Shown: piece by piece, positions 28,237-35,436 of the stretch | Numbering within the stretch: the stretch's first letter is position 1 | Layout: each line of letters begins with the position of its first letter | Source of the DNA: an uncultured bacterium | GTDB lineage: Bacteria; Eisenbacteria; RBG-16-71-46 | DNA length: 35,468 bases | Assembly: GCA_964359105.1 (NCBI GenBank) | Contig: CAYHRW010000002.1 | Coordinates: 3,627 to 39,094 of the forward strand | Reading direction: 5' to 3' | Position numbers and translations under genes: made by a program | Notes under the pieces: model-generated | The model's database searches: none | Told to the model about the DNA's origin: nothing | The model's input: only the letters and a program-made list of their open reading frames with translations

Positions 28237-28761
28237 CTACAGCTGGAACTTGCCGAAGTCCTCGGGATTCAGCTTCTCGAGGAAGCGGCGCAGCTGCTCG
28301 GCCCTCTCCTCCTCGGTGAGCTCGCGCGGCGCCTCCTCGGCGGCCTCGGCGCTCTCCTCCTCCTGCGTGGGCGGCGGCTGGAGGAGCTTCTCGTTCACGA
28401 AGATCGGGGCCTTGCCGCGCAGCGCCACGGCGATCGAATCGGACGGGCGTGCATCGATCGAGAGCACCTGGCCCTCGCGCTCGACGAAGACGCTGGCGTA
28501 GAACGTGTTCTCGCGCAGGTCGGCGATGACCACCCGCGTCACCTTCGCCTTGAGCCCCTCGACGATGAGCACCAGCAGGTCGTGCGTGAGCGGCCGCGGG
28601 AAGGGTTCCTCGGAGAGGATGCGGCGGATCGCCTGTGCCTCGCCGGGGCCGATCCAGATGGGCAGGATCCGCTCGCCCTCGAGCTCCCGCAGGATGACGA
28701 TGTTCTGCTGGGACTTGTGCTCGAGGATCAGGCCGTTGACCTTGACTTCGACGACGTTCAC
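28237..28761 (-). CDS. Bifunctional nuclease family protein (DUF151/BFN domain), 174 aa
   Basis: Start set at the GTG at 28761 (MNVVEVKVNGLILEH...), which overlaps the upstream stop (GTGA). Core IVILRELEGERILPIWIGPGEAQAI...PRPLTHDL...ARPSDSIAVALR matches the DUF151 pattern. Acidic tail ending in EDFGKFQL. Confidence 0.7.
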   Translation of the reverse strand: MNVVEVKVNGLILEHKSQQNIVILRELEGERILPIWIGPGEAQAIRRILSEEPFPRPLTHDLLVLIVEGLKAKVTRVVIADLRENTFYASVFVEREGQVLSIDARPSDSIAVALRGKAPIFVNEKLLQPPPTQEEESAEAAEEAPRELTEEERAEQLRRFLEKLNPEDFGKFQL

Positions 28762-30044
28762 GGTCTTTCGGACGAGCCCTTGCCGGTGCCCTGCGGCGGC
28801 GGGGCGGCCTTGCTCGAGTCCGCCTCCTGGAGTTTGAACGGCGGCGCCTCTTCCGTGCGCATGTGCTCGACCATCCACGCCGCGGACGGCGCCAGCTCGG
28901 ACTTCGGATAGCGGTCGATCACCGCGCGGAAGGCCCTCTCCGCCCGGTCGTAGTCCTTGAGCTCCTCGGAGTAGATGAAGCCCACCATGAACTGGGCCTG
29001 CGCGCTCACGTCGCTGTCCGGGTACTGCGCGAGCAGCTTCTCGTACGCGGCGATGCGCTCGCGCGGCGCACCCAGCTCCTGCGCCTCCGTGAACATCTCA
29101 CGCGCGGTCTTCTTCTGCGACACGAACCTCTTGATCGCGGCGGAGTCGGGCGCGACGCCCAGCCTCCTGCGCGCCTCGTCGAGCTGCTGCCGGTAGAACT
29201 CCTGCGAGCGCTGTTGGCCGAGCTGGCGCAGGATCATCGGGCGCACGGTCTCGAACGGGCGCCAGCCGTCGGGCCGCACCTCGTCCACCTTCACGACGTG
29301 CCAGCCCTTGTCCGTCTTCCATGGCCCGCCGATCCTGCCGGCACCCAGCGCGAAGGCGGACTCGGCGAGCGCGGGCTGGCGGCCGAGCGTGGCGAACTGG
29401 CCGTCCTTCGTCACCGAGCCGAGCGAGCCGGCGGCGGCACGCGTGAGCGTGTCGGCCGTGTGCTTCTGCACGAGCTTCGCCCAGTCCTGGCCGCTCTTCG
29501 CGAGCTTGAGGACGCTCTTCGCCCCGGCCTCGGTCGGCGATTGGATGTGGCGCAGCGTCACGGCTGCCGGCGTCCGGTAGTCGTCCTTGTGCCCCTCGTA
29601 GAAGAGACTCGCTTCGGAGTCCGACGGCGCGGGGTTCGACGCCATGACCTCGGCGAGCCAGGTGCGGATCAGCAGGTCGCGGCGCTGCTGCGCGAGCTGC
29701 TGCTGCACCTTCGGGCGGTCGCCGACCCCGTTCTTGAGCGCCGCGGCCAGCCACACGCGCTCCTCGACCATGCGTTCGAGCAGCTGCTGGCGCCCCTCCG
29801 GCGTCGCGAAGTTGGCGCGCGCCTGCTCGGGCATCTCCTCGATCCGGCGGCGGAAGTCGGCGGTCGTGATGGTCTCGCCGCCGATGCGGATGAGCACCTG
29901 CGCCGTGTCGGCGGCCGCGGCGCGCCGGGGCGCGGATCGAGCCGGCTTCTTCGCCGGCGCGCCCGACGCGGCCGTCGCGGCGATCGCCAGCGCGATCGCG
30001 GCGAGAGACGCGACCCTCTGGATGTCATGACTCGCCGATCTCAT
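28758..30044 (-). CDS. Periplasmic parvulin-type peptidyl-prolyl isomerase (SurA/PpiD-like N-domain + PpiC domain + C-terminal TPR/YbgF-like repeat), 428 aa
   Basis: ATG start overlapping the rplI stop (ATGA); signal peptide. Parvulin block GSLGSVTKDGQFATLG...GGPWKTDKGWHVVKVDEV. The C-terminal YEKLLAQYPDSDVSAQAQFMVGFIYSEELKDYDRAERAFRAVIDRYPKSELAPSA is TPR-like. Confidence 0.72.
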   Translation of the reverse strand: MRSASHDIQRVASLAAIALAIAATAASGAPAKKPARSAPRRAAAADTAQVLIRIGGETITTADFRRRIEEMPEQARANFATPEGRQQLLERMVEERVWLAAALKNGVGDRPKVQQQLAQQRRDLLIRTWLAEVMASNPAPSDSEASLFYEGHKDDYRTPAAVTLRHIQSPTEAGAKSVLKLAKSGQDWAKLVQKHTADTLTRAAAGSLGSVTKDGQFATLGRQPALAESAFALGAGRIGGPWKTDKGWHVVKVDEVRPDGWRPFETVRPMILRQLGQQRSQEFYRQQLDEARRRLGVAPDSAAIKRFVSQKKTAREMFTEAQELGAPRERIAAYEKLLAQYPDSDVSAQAQFMVGFIYSEELKDYDRAERAFRAVIDRYPKSELAPSAAWMVEHMRTEEAPPFKLQEADSSKAAPPPQGTGKGSSERP

Positions 30045-30484
30045 GCGCGCACCACCCAGACCTTCACGGCGGCGGTCACGCCGGCGTGGAACTTCACCGG
30101 CACGTCGTACCTGCCGAGCTGCTTGATGTGCTCCGGGAGCTCGATCCGGCGCTTGTCCACCACGAAGCCCGCCTTCTGCAGCGCCTCGGCGACGTCGGCG
30201 TTCGTGATCGAGCCGAACAGCGTGTCCTCCTCGTTCGCCTGCGCCGGGATGTTGACCTCGACCCCGTCGAGCCGGGCCGCCTCGGCGCGCGCCTGCGCGA
30301 CCAGCCGGTCGTCCCGGATGACGCGCTGGCGCTCCAGCTCCTTGTAGACGTTCGCCGCCTTCGTGCCCGCGGGGATCGCGAGCCTGCGCGGGAGCAGGTA
30401 GTTGCGGGCATAGCCCGGCTTGACGTGGATCAGCGCACCCTTCGAGCCCACGCCCTCGAGGTCTTCCAGCAGGATGACATCCAT
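30041..30484 (-). CDS. rplI: 50S ribosomal protein L9
   Basis: MDVILLEDLEGVGSKGALIHVKPGYARNYLLPRRLA is the canonical L9 N-terminus. The ATG at 30484 has AGGAG 7 nt upstream; the track's extra GTG codon at 30487 is not favoured. Confidence 0.93.
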   Translation of the reverse strand: MDVILLEDLEGVGSKGALIHVKPGYARNYLLPRRLAIPAGTKAANVYKELERQRVIRDDRLVAQARAEAARLDGVEVNIPAQANEEDTLFGSITNADVAEALQKAGFVVDKRRIELPEHIKQLGRYDVPVKFHAGVTAAVKVWVVRA

Positions 30485-30494
30485 CACGACTCTC

Positions 30495-31481
30495 CTAGGT
30501 TCGATCTCCGTCCGGGACGGACTCGAGCCGGCGGTAGTCCAGCCAGACGTCGCTCAGACCCACGGCCGCCGTGGTCAGCACGAACATCGGCATGGCGATC
30601 AGGAACACGAACAACATGGTCACGACGATGACAGAGGGCGGAACGCCGCGCGTGAGCAGCAGCGATTCTACGACCGCGATCCCCTGCACACAAAACCCCA
30701 GCCCCGTGTTGAGCAGCAGCGTCCAGCCGGTGGGAGTCCACGCCCTCCACGGGCTCACCAGCAGGGCCAGACCCGCCAGGAACGTCCACAGCGCCGCGTC
30801 CGGCAGGCGCCATTCGATCAGCCTCACGCGCGACAGCCGCGGCCAGCGCAGCGACCGCGCGAGCCCCGCCGCCAGCGCGCGCCCCGCGACGGTGAGCAGC
30901 GCCACCCACGCGAACAGCACGGTGGGGAGCACGTTCGGCAGCGCCTGGTGGCGCAGCGCAGCGTTCTCGGCCACCGCCTTCTGCATGCTGCCCAGACGCT
31001 CGCCGCTCGCCCCGAACTGGCGCAGCAGCTCGAGGAACTGCGCGTCGCCCGCCAGCAGCTCCGCGTTCACGTCCTTCACGAACCCGCCATACCGGGACGC
31101 CCACGGCAGCGCCGCCGCCAGCATCAGCGCCGGCGCCAGCATCCGGGCGCGCTCGCCCGCCGGTGGTCCCCCGCCCTCCTCGCGCAGCCCCATCCACGAC
31201 CCGATGAGCGCGGCCACCGGGATCCACCAGGCCGACAGGCTCGCGACCCCGCCCACCACCAGCGTCCCTGCGGACAGCACGACCGCGAGCACCGCCCCGC
31301 GCACGCCGAAGCGCCACGTCGCGAGCAGCGCCACCGCCACCGCGCCCGGCACCGCGAGCCACAGCCACGCCCACGGCATGGGCGTCTGCAGCGCCAGGAG
31401 CGCCAGCGCCGCGACGATCAGGCCGGTGCGGACCCACGACGGACCCGCCACGCCCGTGCCCGGCTCAGCGGTAGAAGTCAC
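30495..31481 (-). CDS. Polytopic membrane protein, DUF2232/YybS-like by position and topology
   Basis: 328 aa with about 8 hydrophobic helices, lying between rpsR and rplI, where DUF2232 (yybS) genes sit in other bacteria. The GTG start at 31481 overlaps rpsR by 17 nt; an in-frame GTG at 31451 is an alternative. No sequence motif was independently recognised. Confidence 0.5.
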   Translation of the reverse strand: MTSTAEPGTGVAGPSWVRTGLIVAALALLALQTPMPWAWLWLAVPGAVAVALLATWRFGVRGAVLAVVLSAGTLVVGGVASLSAWWIPVAALIGSWMGLREEGGGPPAGERARMLAPALMLAAALPWASRYGGFVKDVNAELLAGDAQFLELLRQFGASGERLGSMQKAVAENAALRHQALPNVLPTVLFAWVALLTVAGRALAAGLARSLRWPRLSRVRLIEWRLPDAALWTFLAGLALLVSPWRAWTPTGWTLLLNTGLGFCVQGIAVVESLLLTRGVPPSVIVVTMLFVFLIAMPMFVLTTAAVGLSDVWLDYRRLESVPDGDRT

Positions 31482-31707
31482 TGGTGAACGGGAGCAACGC
31501 CAGCACCCGCGCCCGCTTGATCGCGGTCGTCAGCTGCTTCTGGTGCCGGGCACACGTCCCCGACACACGGCGCGGCACGATCTTGCCGCGGTCGGTGATG
31601 AACCGGCCCAGCCGCTTCTCGTCCTTGTAGTCCACGAAGCCGACCTTCTCGAGACACAGCTTGCAGTACTTCTTCTTGATGCCCTTGCCTTCACGCTCCT
31701 TGGCCAT
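31465..31707 (-). CDS. rpsR: 30S ribosomal protein S18
   Basis: [57 protein letters not shown] is canonical S18. Start set at the ATG at 31707 (MAKEREGKG...). The ORF-track GTG at 31722 sits inside the AGGAGGTG ribosome-binding sequence itself. Confidence 0.9.
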   Translation of the reverse strand: MAKEREGKGIKKKYCKLCLEKVGFVDYKDEKRLGRFITDRGKIVPRRVSGTCARHQKQLTTAIKRARVLALLPFTSDFYR

Positions 31708-31730
31708 GTCCTGCGCTCTCACCTCCTGGA

Positions 31731-32147
31731 TCAGGGCAGCCCGCGGCCACCCTCATCGGGTTGCTCGGGTCCCGCCAGGCCCGGAAGCCCGGCGGCGCCC
31801 GCCATGCGCTCGAGGAAGTGGATGCTCTCGGCGCGGACCTCGAGCCGCGTCTGGCGGCTCCCCTCCCGCGTGGTCCACTCCCGCATCTGCAGCCGGCCCT
31901 CGACCAGCACCGGGCTGCCCTTCTTCAGATACCGTCCGCACACCTCCGCCAGCCGCTGGTACGACACGACTGGCGCGTACCCCGTGTGCTCCGCCAGCTT
32001 CCCGTCCTTGCCGCGGTAGCGGCGGTGGAACGCGATCGCGAAGCTCGTAATCTGCGTCCCGTTCGACGCGTAACGCGCCTCCGGGTCCCGCGTCAGGCGA
32101 CCGCTCAGGATCACCCGGTTCACTTCGGGCAGCCGCAGCTCGGTCAT
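31731..32147 (-). CDS. ssb: Single-stranded DNA-binding protein (OB fold) with a non-canonical C-terminus
   Basis: 138 aa; the ATG has GGGGGAGGA upstream. [30 protein letters not shown]...[14 protein letters not shown] is the SSB OB-fold pattern, and the gene occupies the rpsF-ssb-rpsR position. The tail ends ...PDEGGRGLP rather than the acidic DDD-I/L-P-F tip. Confidence 0.8.
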   Translation of the reverse strand: MTELRLPEVNRVILSGRLTRDPEARYASNGTQITSFAIAFHRRYRGKDGKLAEHTGYAPVVSYQRLAEVCGRYLKKGSPVLVEGRLQMREWTTREGSRQTRLEVRAESIHFLERMAGAAGLPGLAGPEQPDEGGRGLP

Positions 32148-32176
32148 GGGTCCTCCCCCTGCGGGGACGACGGGCG

Positions 32177-32533
32177 CTATTCGTCGGCGTCTTCGCTCGC
32201 CGCCGCCACGACTCCCTCGGCGTCCACCTGCGGCCGGGTGAGATCCGGCGGCACGTGGAGCACGGTGAGCACGCGCATGATGGACTCGTCGAGCTTCATC
32301 CGCCGCTCGAGCTCCTTGACCGTCGCACCCGGCGCCTCGTACGTGATCAACGTGTAGATCCCGTCGCGCTTCTTGCCAATCTCGTAGGCCAGCCGTCGCT
32401 TGCCCCAGCGCTGGATCTCGGTGACCTCGCCGCCGAAGTCCTTGATCCAGTGGGACACGCGCTCGATCTCCTCGTTCACGCGGGTCTCGTCGAGGCCCGG
32501 CTCGAGGATGAAGGTCGTCTCGTATTTGGTCAC
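32177..32533 (-). CDS. rpsF: 30S ribosomal protein S6
   Basis: Start set at the GTG at 32533 (M-TKYETTFILEPGLDE...), with AAGGAGG 10 nt upstream and a GTGA overlap with the pth stop. 118 aa with an acidic tail. The track's longer N-terminus has no S6 similarity. Confidence 0.9.
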   Translation of the reverse strand: MTKYETTFILEPGLDETRVNEEIERVSHWIKDFGGEVTEIQRWGKRRLAYEIGKKRDGIYTLITYEAPGATVKELERRMKLDESIMRVLTVLHVPPDLTRPQVDAEGVVAAASEDADE

Positions 32534-33117
32534 GACGTGGATTCCTCCTTGCGCACCTTGCGATTGAACCGGTTCATGGCCGCCAGGATGCCGTCGGTCA
32601 CCCAGCACTCCACGGCGTCCGCGGCGAGGCCCACCGTTTCGGCCACGACCGCTTCTTCTTCACTCGTGAACATGTCCAGCACGTGCTCGCGCAACTCCAC
32701 CGGGTTCGCCGCCGCGCCCACCCCGATGCGCAGCCGGGCGTAGTCCCGGCCGCCCAGCGCGCGCTCGACCGAGTCGAGCCCGCGGTGCCCGCCGCTCGAG
32801 CCCCGCACCCTCAGGCGCAGCGCGCCGACCGGCAGGTAGACGTCGTCCACCACCACCAGCAGCCGCTCCGGCTCGAGTCCATGGCGCTCGCGCCACGCGC
32901 CGAGCGCCTCGCCGGTCAGGTTCATGAACGTGGACGGCACCACCAGATCCACCGCCCGCCCCGCCGGTTCGGCGCGCCACGCACGGTAGAGCGGCGACTG
33001 CTCCGCCGGCGCGGCGCCCCAGCGCGCCACCAGCCGCTCGAGCACGCGCCATCCCACGTTGTGGCGGGTGCGCGCGTAGCGCTCGCCCGGGTTGCCGAGG
33101 CCGAGCACCAGGGCCAC
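32530..33117 (-). CDS. pth: Peptidyl-tRNA hydrolase
   Basis: LVLGLGNPGERYARTRHNVGWRVL and SSGGHRGLDSV are the Pth signature blocks, including the catalytic His in TRHNVG. GTG start at 33117. Confidence 0.92.
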   Translation of the reverse strand: MALVLGLGNPGERYARTRHNVGWRVLERLVARWGAAPAEQSPLYRAWRAEPAGRAVDLVVPSTFMNLTGEALGAWRERHGLEPERLLVVVDDVYLPVGALRLRVRGSSGGHRGLDSVERALGGRDYARLRIGVGAAANPVELREHVLDMFTSEEEAVVAETVGLAADAVECWVTDGILAAMNRFNRKVRKEESTS

Positions 33118-33120
33118 GGG

Positions 33121-33789
33121 CTACTTCTTCTCCTCCTCGCCCTCCGGCACCTCCTCCTTCTTGCCCTTGGCGATGACCTCGGGCTCCGCCGGGGCTTCGG
33201 CCGCCACGACCTCCTCGACCGGCTTCTCCTCCATCACCGTGGGCGGCACCACCGTCGCCACCGTCGCGTCCAGATCGGTGAGGATCGTGACCTCTGGCAC
33301 TGACAGGTCGCGCACGTGGACCGAGTCGCCGATGTTGAGGTGCGCCACGTCCACGTCGATCGCGCTCGGGATGGCGGTGGGCAGGCAGCGCACCTCGACC
33401 TCGCGCAGGATCGGCTCGAGGATGCCGCCGCCGTCCTTCACGCCCACCGGAACGCCCACCAGGCGGACGTTCACCCGCACTTCGACCATCTCGGTGAGCG
33501 AGATGTGCTGGAAGTCCAGGTGGATGATGTCGTGCGTGATCGGGTCGTACTGCACGTCGCGGATGAGCGCCGTGTACTCGCTGCCCGACACCGACAGGCT
33601 CACGATGGCGTTGCCGCCCCTGTGCTTGCGCAGGGCGAGATCGAATTCGCGCGTGGCGACGCTGATCGGCACCGGCGTCTCGCCGTGGCCGTACAGCACG
33701 CCCGGAATCAGGCCGGCGGCCCGCGCCTTGCGCGCGCCGCCCTTGCCGATGCTCTCCCGGCGTGCGCCGGTCAATGCGATGACAGACAT
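33121..33789 (-). CDS. rplY: 50S ribosomal protein L25 / general stress protein Ctc (long form)
   Basis: Frame trimmed to the ATG at 33789 (MSVIALTGARRESIGKGGARKARAAGLIPGVLYGHG), with GGAGG upstream. 222 aa with a Glu/Lys-rich tail. prs-ctc-pth synteny. Confidence 0.9.
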   Translation of the reverse strand: MSVIALTGARRESIGKGGARKARAAGLIPGVLYGHGETPVPISVATREFDLALRKHRGGNAIVSLSVSGSEYTALIRDVQYDPITHDIIHLDFQHISLTEMVEVRVNVRLVGVPVGVKDGGGILEPILREVEVRCLPTAIPSAIDVDVAHLNIGDSVHVRDLSVPEVTILTDLDATVATVVPPTVMEEKPVEEVVAAEAPAEPEVIAKGKKEEVPEGEEEKK

Positions 33790-33852
33790 CTCTTGCCTCC
33801 TCGTCCGGGGCGGGCCCCGGGTGTTGCGGCGCGGACCGCGGACCCGCACCCC

Positions 33853-33874
33853 GACCCACCTTCGGCGGGTACCC
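33853..33874 (-). repeat. Copy 1 of a 22-nt hairpin-forming motif (rplY leader / prs 3' region)
   Basis: Plus strand GACCCACCTTCGGCGGGTACCC. It matches 35067..35088 at 20 of 22 positions and forms the apex of a longer nested stem (CCGCGG...GCACCC...GGGTGC...CCGCGG) between the prs stop and the rplY start. Confidence 0.5.
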
Positions 33875-33904
33875 GGCGGGTGCACCGCGGCTCGACGCGC
33901 ACGG

Positions 33905-34837
33905 TCATACGAACAGCGAGCTCAGCGAGCGCTCCTCGTGGATGCGCTCCACGGCTTCCCCGAGCAGCCCCGCCACCGACAGCTCCGTGACGTTGGCGGG
34001 CAGACCGCCCGGCTTGTGATGGATCGTGTCGGTGATCACCAGCTGCCGGATCGACGAGTTCGCGATGCGCTCGAGCGAGCCCGGGGCGAACATCCCGTGC
34101 GTCACGCCCGCGTACACCTCCTTCGCGCCCGCCTTGCGGATCGTCTCCGCCGCCTGCAACAGCGTGCGCCCCGTGGTCACCACGTCGTCGAACAGCACGA
34201 CGTTGCGACCCTCGACCTCGCCGATGATGTTCATCACCTCGACCGCGTCCGGCTTCGGGCGGCGCTTGTCCACCAGGCCGAGCTCCGCGCCCAGGCGCTT
34301 GGCGTAGGCACGCGCCATCTTGACGCTGCCGATGTCCGGCGCCACCACCATGAGGTTCGGGATGTTCTTCCGCGCGAAGTGCTCGATGAGCACCGGCGCC
34401 GCGTACAGGTGGTCGAACGGGATGTCGAAGAACCCCTGGATCTGGGCACTGTGCAGGTCCATGGTGAGCGCGCGGTCCGCGCCCGCCACCGTGATGAGGT
34501 TCGCCACCAGCTTCGCCGAGATCGGCGCGCGCGGCTGGTCCTTGCGGTCCTGGCGCGCGTAGCCGAAGTACGGCAGCACCGCGGTCACGCGCCGCGCCGA
34601 TGCGCGCTTCGCCGCGTCGAGCATCACCAGCAGCTCCATCAGGTTCTCCGCCGGCGCGCCCGTGGCCTGCACGATGAACACGTCGCTGCCGCGGATGTTC
34701 TCGTTGAACCGGACCGACACCTCCCCGTCCTCGAAGCGCGACACCTCCGCGTCCCCGAGCGGCGTCTTCAGTCTCGAGCAGATCGCTTGCGCCAGGCTCA
34801 AGCTGGCGTTCCCCGCGAAGATCCGACACGGATCCAA
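33905..34837 (-). CDS. prs: Ribose-phosphate pyrophosphokinase (PRPP synthetase)
   Basis: RIFAGNASLSLAQAI, RFEDGEVSVRFNENIRG, YFGYARQDRK and VLFDDVVTTGRTL align by eye with E. coli Prs. Preferred start is the TTG at 34837 (MDPCRIFAGNA, parallel to E. coli MPDMKLFAGNA), with AGAGGAG 8 nt upstream. The ORF-track GTG at 34855 is the alternative. Confidence 0.92.
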   Translation of the reverse strand: MDPCRIFAGNASLSLAQAICSRLKTPLGDAEVSRFEDGEVSVRFNENIRGSDVFIVQATGAPAENLMELLVMLDAAKRASARRVTAVLPYFGYARQDRKDQPRAPISAKLVANLITVAGADRALTMDLHSAQIQGFFDIPFDHLYAAPVLIEHFARKNIPNLMVVAPDIGSVKMARAYAKRLGAELGLVDKRRPKPDAVEVMNIIGEVEGRNVVLFDDVVTTGRTLLQAAETIRKAGAKEVYAGVTHGMFAPGSLERIANSSIRQLVITDTIHHKPGGLPANVTELSVAGLLGEAVERIHEERSLSSLFV

Positions 34838-34846
34838 GGCGGCATC

Positions 34847-34862
34847 TCCTCTCACGAGAGGA
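34847..34862 (-). promoter_or_regulatory. Hairpin pairing the prs Shine-Dalgarno with an upstream anti-SD
   Basis: The minus strand reads UCCUCU-CGUG-AGAGGA: a 6-bp perfect stem with a 4-nt loop. The 3' arm is the AGAGGA of the prs ribosome-binding site. Any regulatory function is inferred only. Confidence 0.35.
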
Positions 34863-35066
34863 TCACATCACCCGCGGCGTCACCGCGCCGCGGAGGAACA
34901 GGTGGAAACGAGAGACCTGCTGGACACGAGAAGCAAACGCACAACACTGATCATGAGAACCAGAGACAGAAGACCCCTGATAGTGAAGAACCTGGAGGGC
35001 GGACCGTGTCGCCTTTCCGACTGTGGCACTCCAGCCAGCCGAGGGTGGCCCAGATGCAAGGCGCCG

Positions 35067-35088
35067 GACCCACCTTCGGTGGGTGCCC
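35067..35088 (-). repeat. Copy 2 of the 22-nt hairpin-forming motif (tRNA-Gln / prs intergenic)
   Basis: Plus strand GACCCACCTTCGGTGGGTGCCC: stem ACCCAC/GTGGGT with a 5-nt loop, flanked by GGCGC/GCGCC outer pairing. A related CGGCGGGTACCC block recurs at 35161..35172 and at 33863..33874. Confidence 0.5.
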
Positions 35089-35194
35089 AGCGCCGCGCGC
35101 AGACGTGGCCTTAGCCACGTCGAGCACGGAGCGCCCGAGGCCGACCCGCTGACCGATTGACGGCGGGTACCCCGGCAGATGACCCGCGCCTGGT

Positions 35195-35269
35195 TGGCTG
35201 GGGCGGGAGGATTCGAACCTCCGAGTGCGAGATCCAAAGTCTCGTGCCTTACCGCTTGGCCACGCCCCA
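35195..35269 (-). tRNA. tRNA-Gln (anticodon UUG), CCA encoded
   Basis: The minus strand reads TGGGGCGTGGCCAAGCGGTAAGGCACGAGACTTTGGATCTCGCACTCGGAGGTTCGAATCCTCCCGCCCCAGCCA. Folded by hand: 7-bp acceptor with U1-A72, D arm GCCAAGCGGTAAGGC, anticodon stem CGAGA/TCTCG with loop CUUUGGA, and T arm GGAGG-TTCGAAT-CCTCC. It aligns closely with E. coli tRNA-Gln. Confidence 0.93.
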
Positions 35270-35371
35270 CCAACAGAACGGGATTTCCGTCACGGTCCGC
35301 CCCTCGCCGAAGCGAAGTCGGGGTGGATGGCTACTGGCCCGGAGAGTTGCTGACTGGAGAAAAGCCGGCGG

Positions 35372-35401
35372 AGATTAGCGGCGCCGGGCGGCCGAAGTCA
35401 A
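35372..35401 (-). promoter_or_regulatory. Candidate sigma-70-type promoter for tRNA-Gln (and possibly the downstream prs operon)
   Basis: The minus strand reads TTGACT-N18-TAATCT; AT-rich hexamers stand out in this GC-rich context. It lies about 100 nt upstream of the tRNA 5' end. Confidence 0.35.
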
Positions 35402-35436
35402 ATCCGGGCGGCAATCCGGGCGGCAATCCGGGCGGC
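35401..35436. repeat. Perfect 3 x 12-nt tandem repeat AATCCGGGCGGC
   Basis: Read directly: 35401..35412, 35413..35424 and 35425..35436 are identical. The unit length is a multiple of 3. All three minus-strand frames are open from the window edge through the repeat (AARI x3 then TGA at 35400..35398; RPDC x2 then RPDL with TAA at about 35378; PPGL x2 then PPGF with TAG at 35333..35331). The coding context cannot be decided. Confidence 0.8.

Noticed and set aside
34885-34959. 24-codon minus-strand upstream ORF (MISVVRLLLVSSRSLVSTCSSAAR) in the prs leader, considered as a leader peptide.
   Set aside because: There is no Shine-Dalgarno sequence. About a third of its codons end in T, unlike genuine genes here. 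Nothing suggests attenuation control by specific codons.
35195-35269. Checked whether the tRNA could be tRNA-Sec (selC), given selA in the window.
   Set aside because: The anticodon loop reads CUUUGGA (UUG, Gln). The acceptor stem is 7 bp, the variable arm is short, and the sequence parallels E. coli tRNA-Gln.
34863-35273. 136-aa minus-strand ORF and 73-aa plus-strand ORF (35157..35378) spanning the tRNA region.
   Set aside because: Both run through the tRNA-Gln gene and the structured spacer. They have no ribosome-binding site and no protein-like composition.
35401-35436. Tandem repeat considered as a CRISPR array or minisatellite-type mobile element.
   Set aside because: The units are 12 nt and directly abutting with no spacers, and there are only three copies. 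No cas genes or inverted terminal repeats are nearby.
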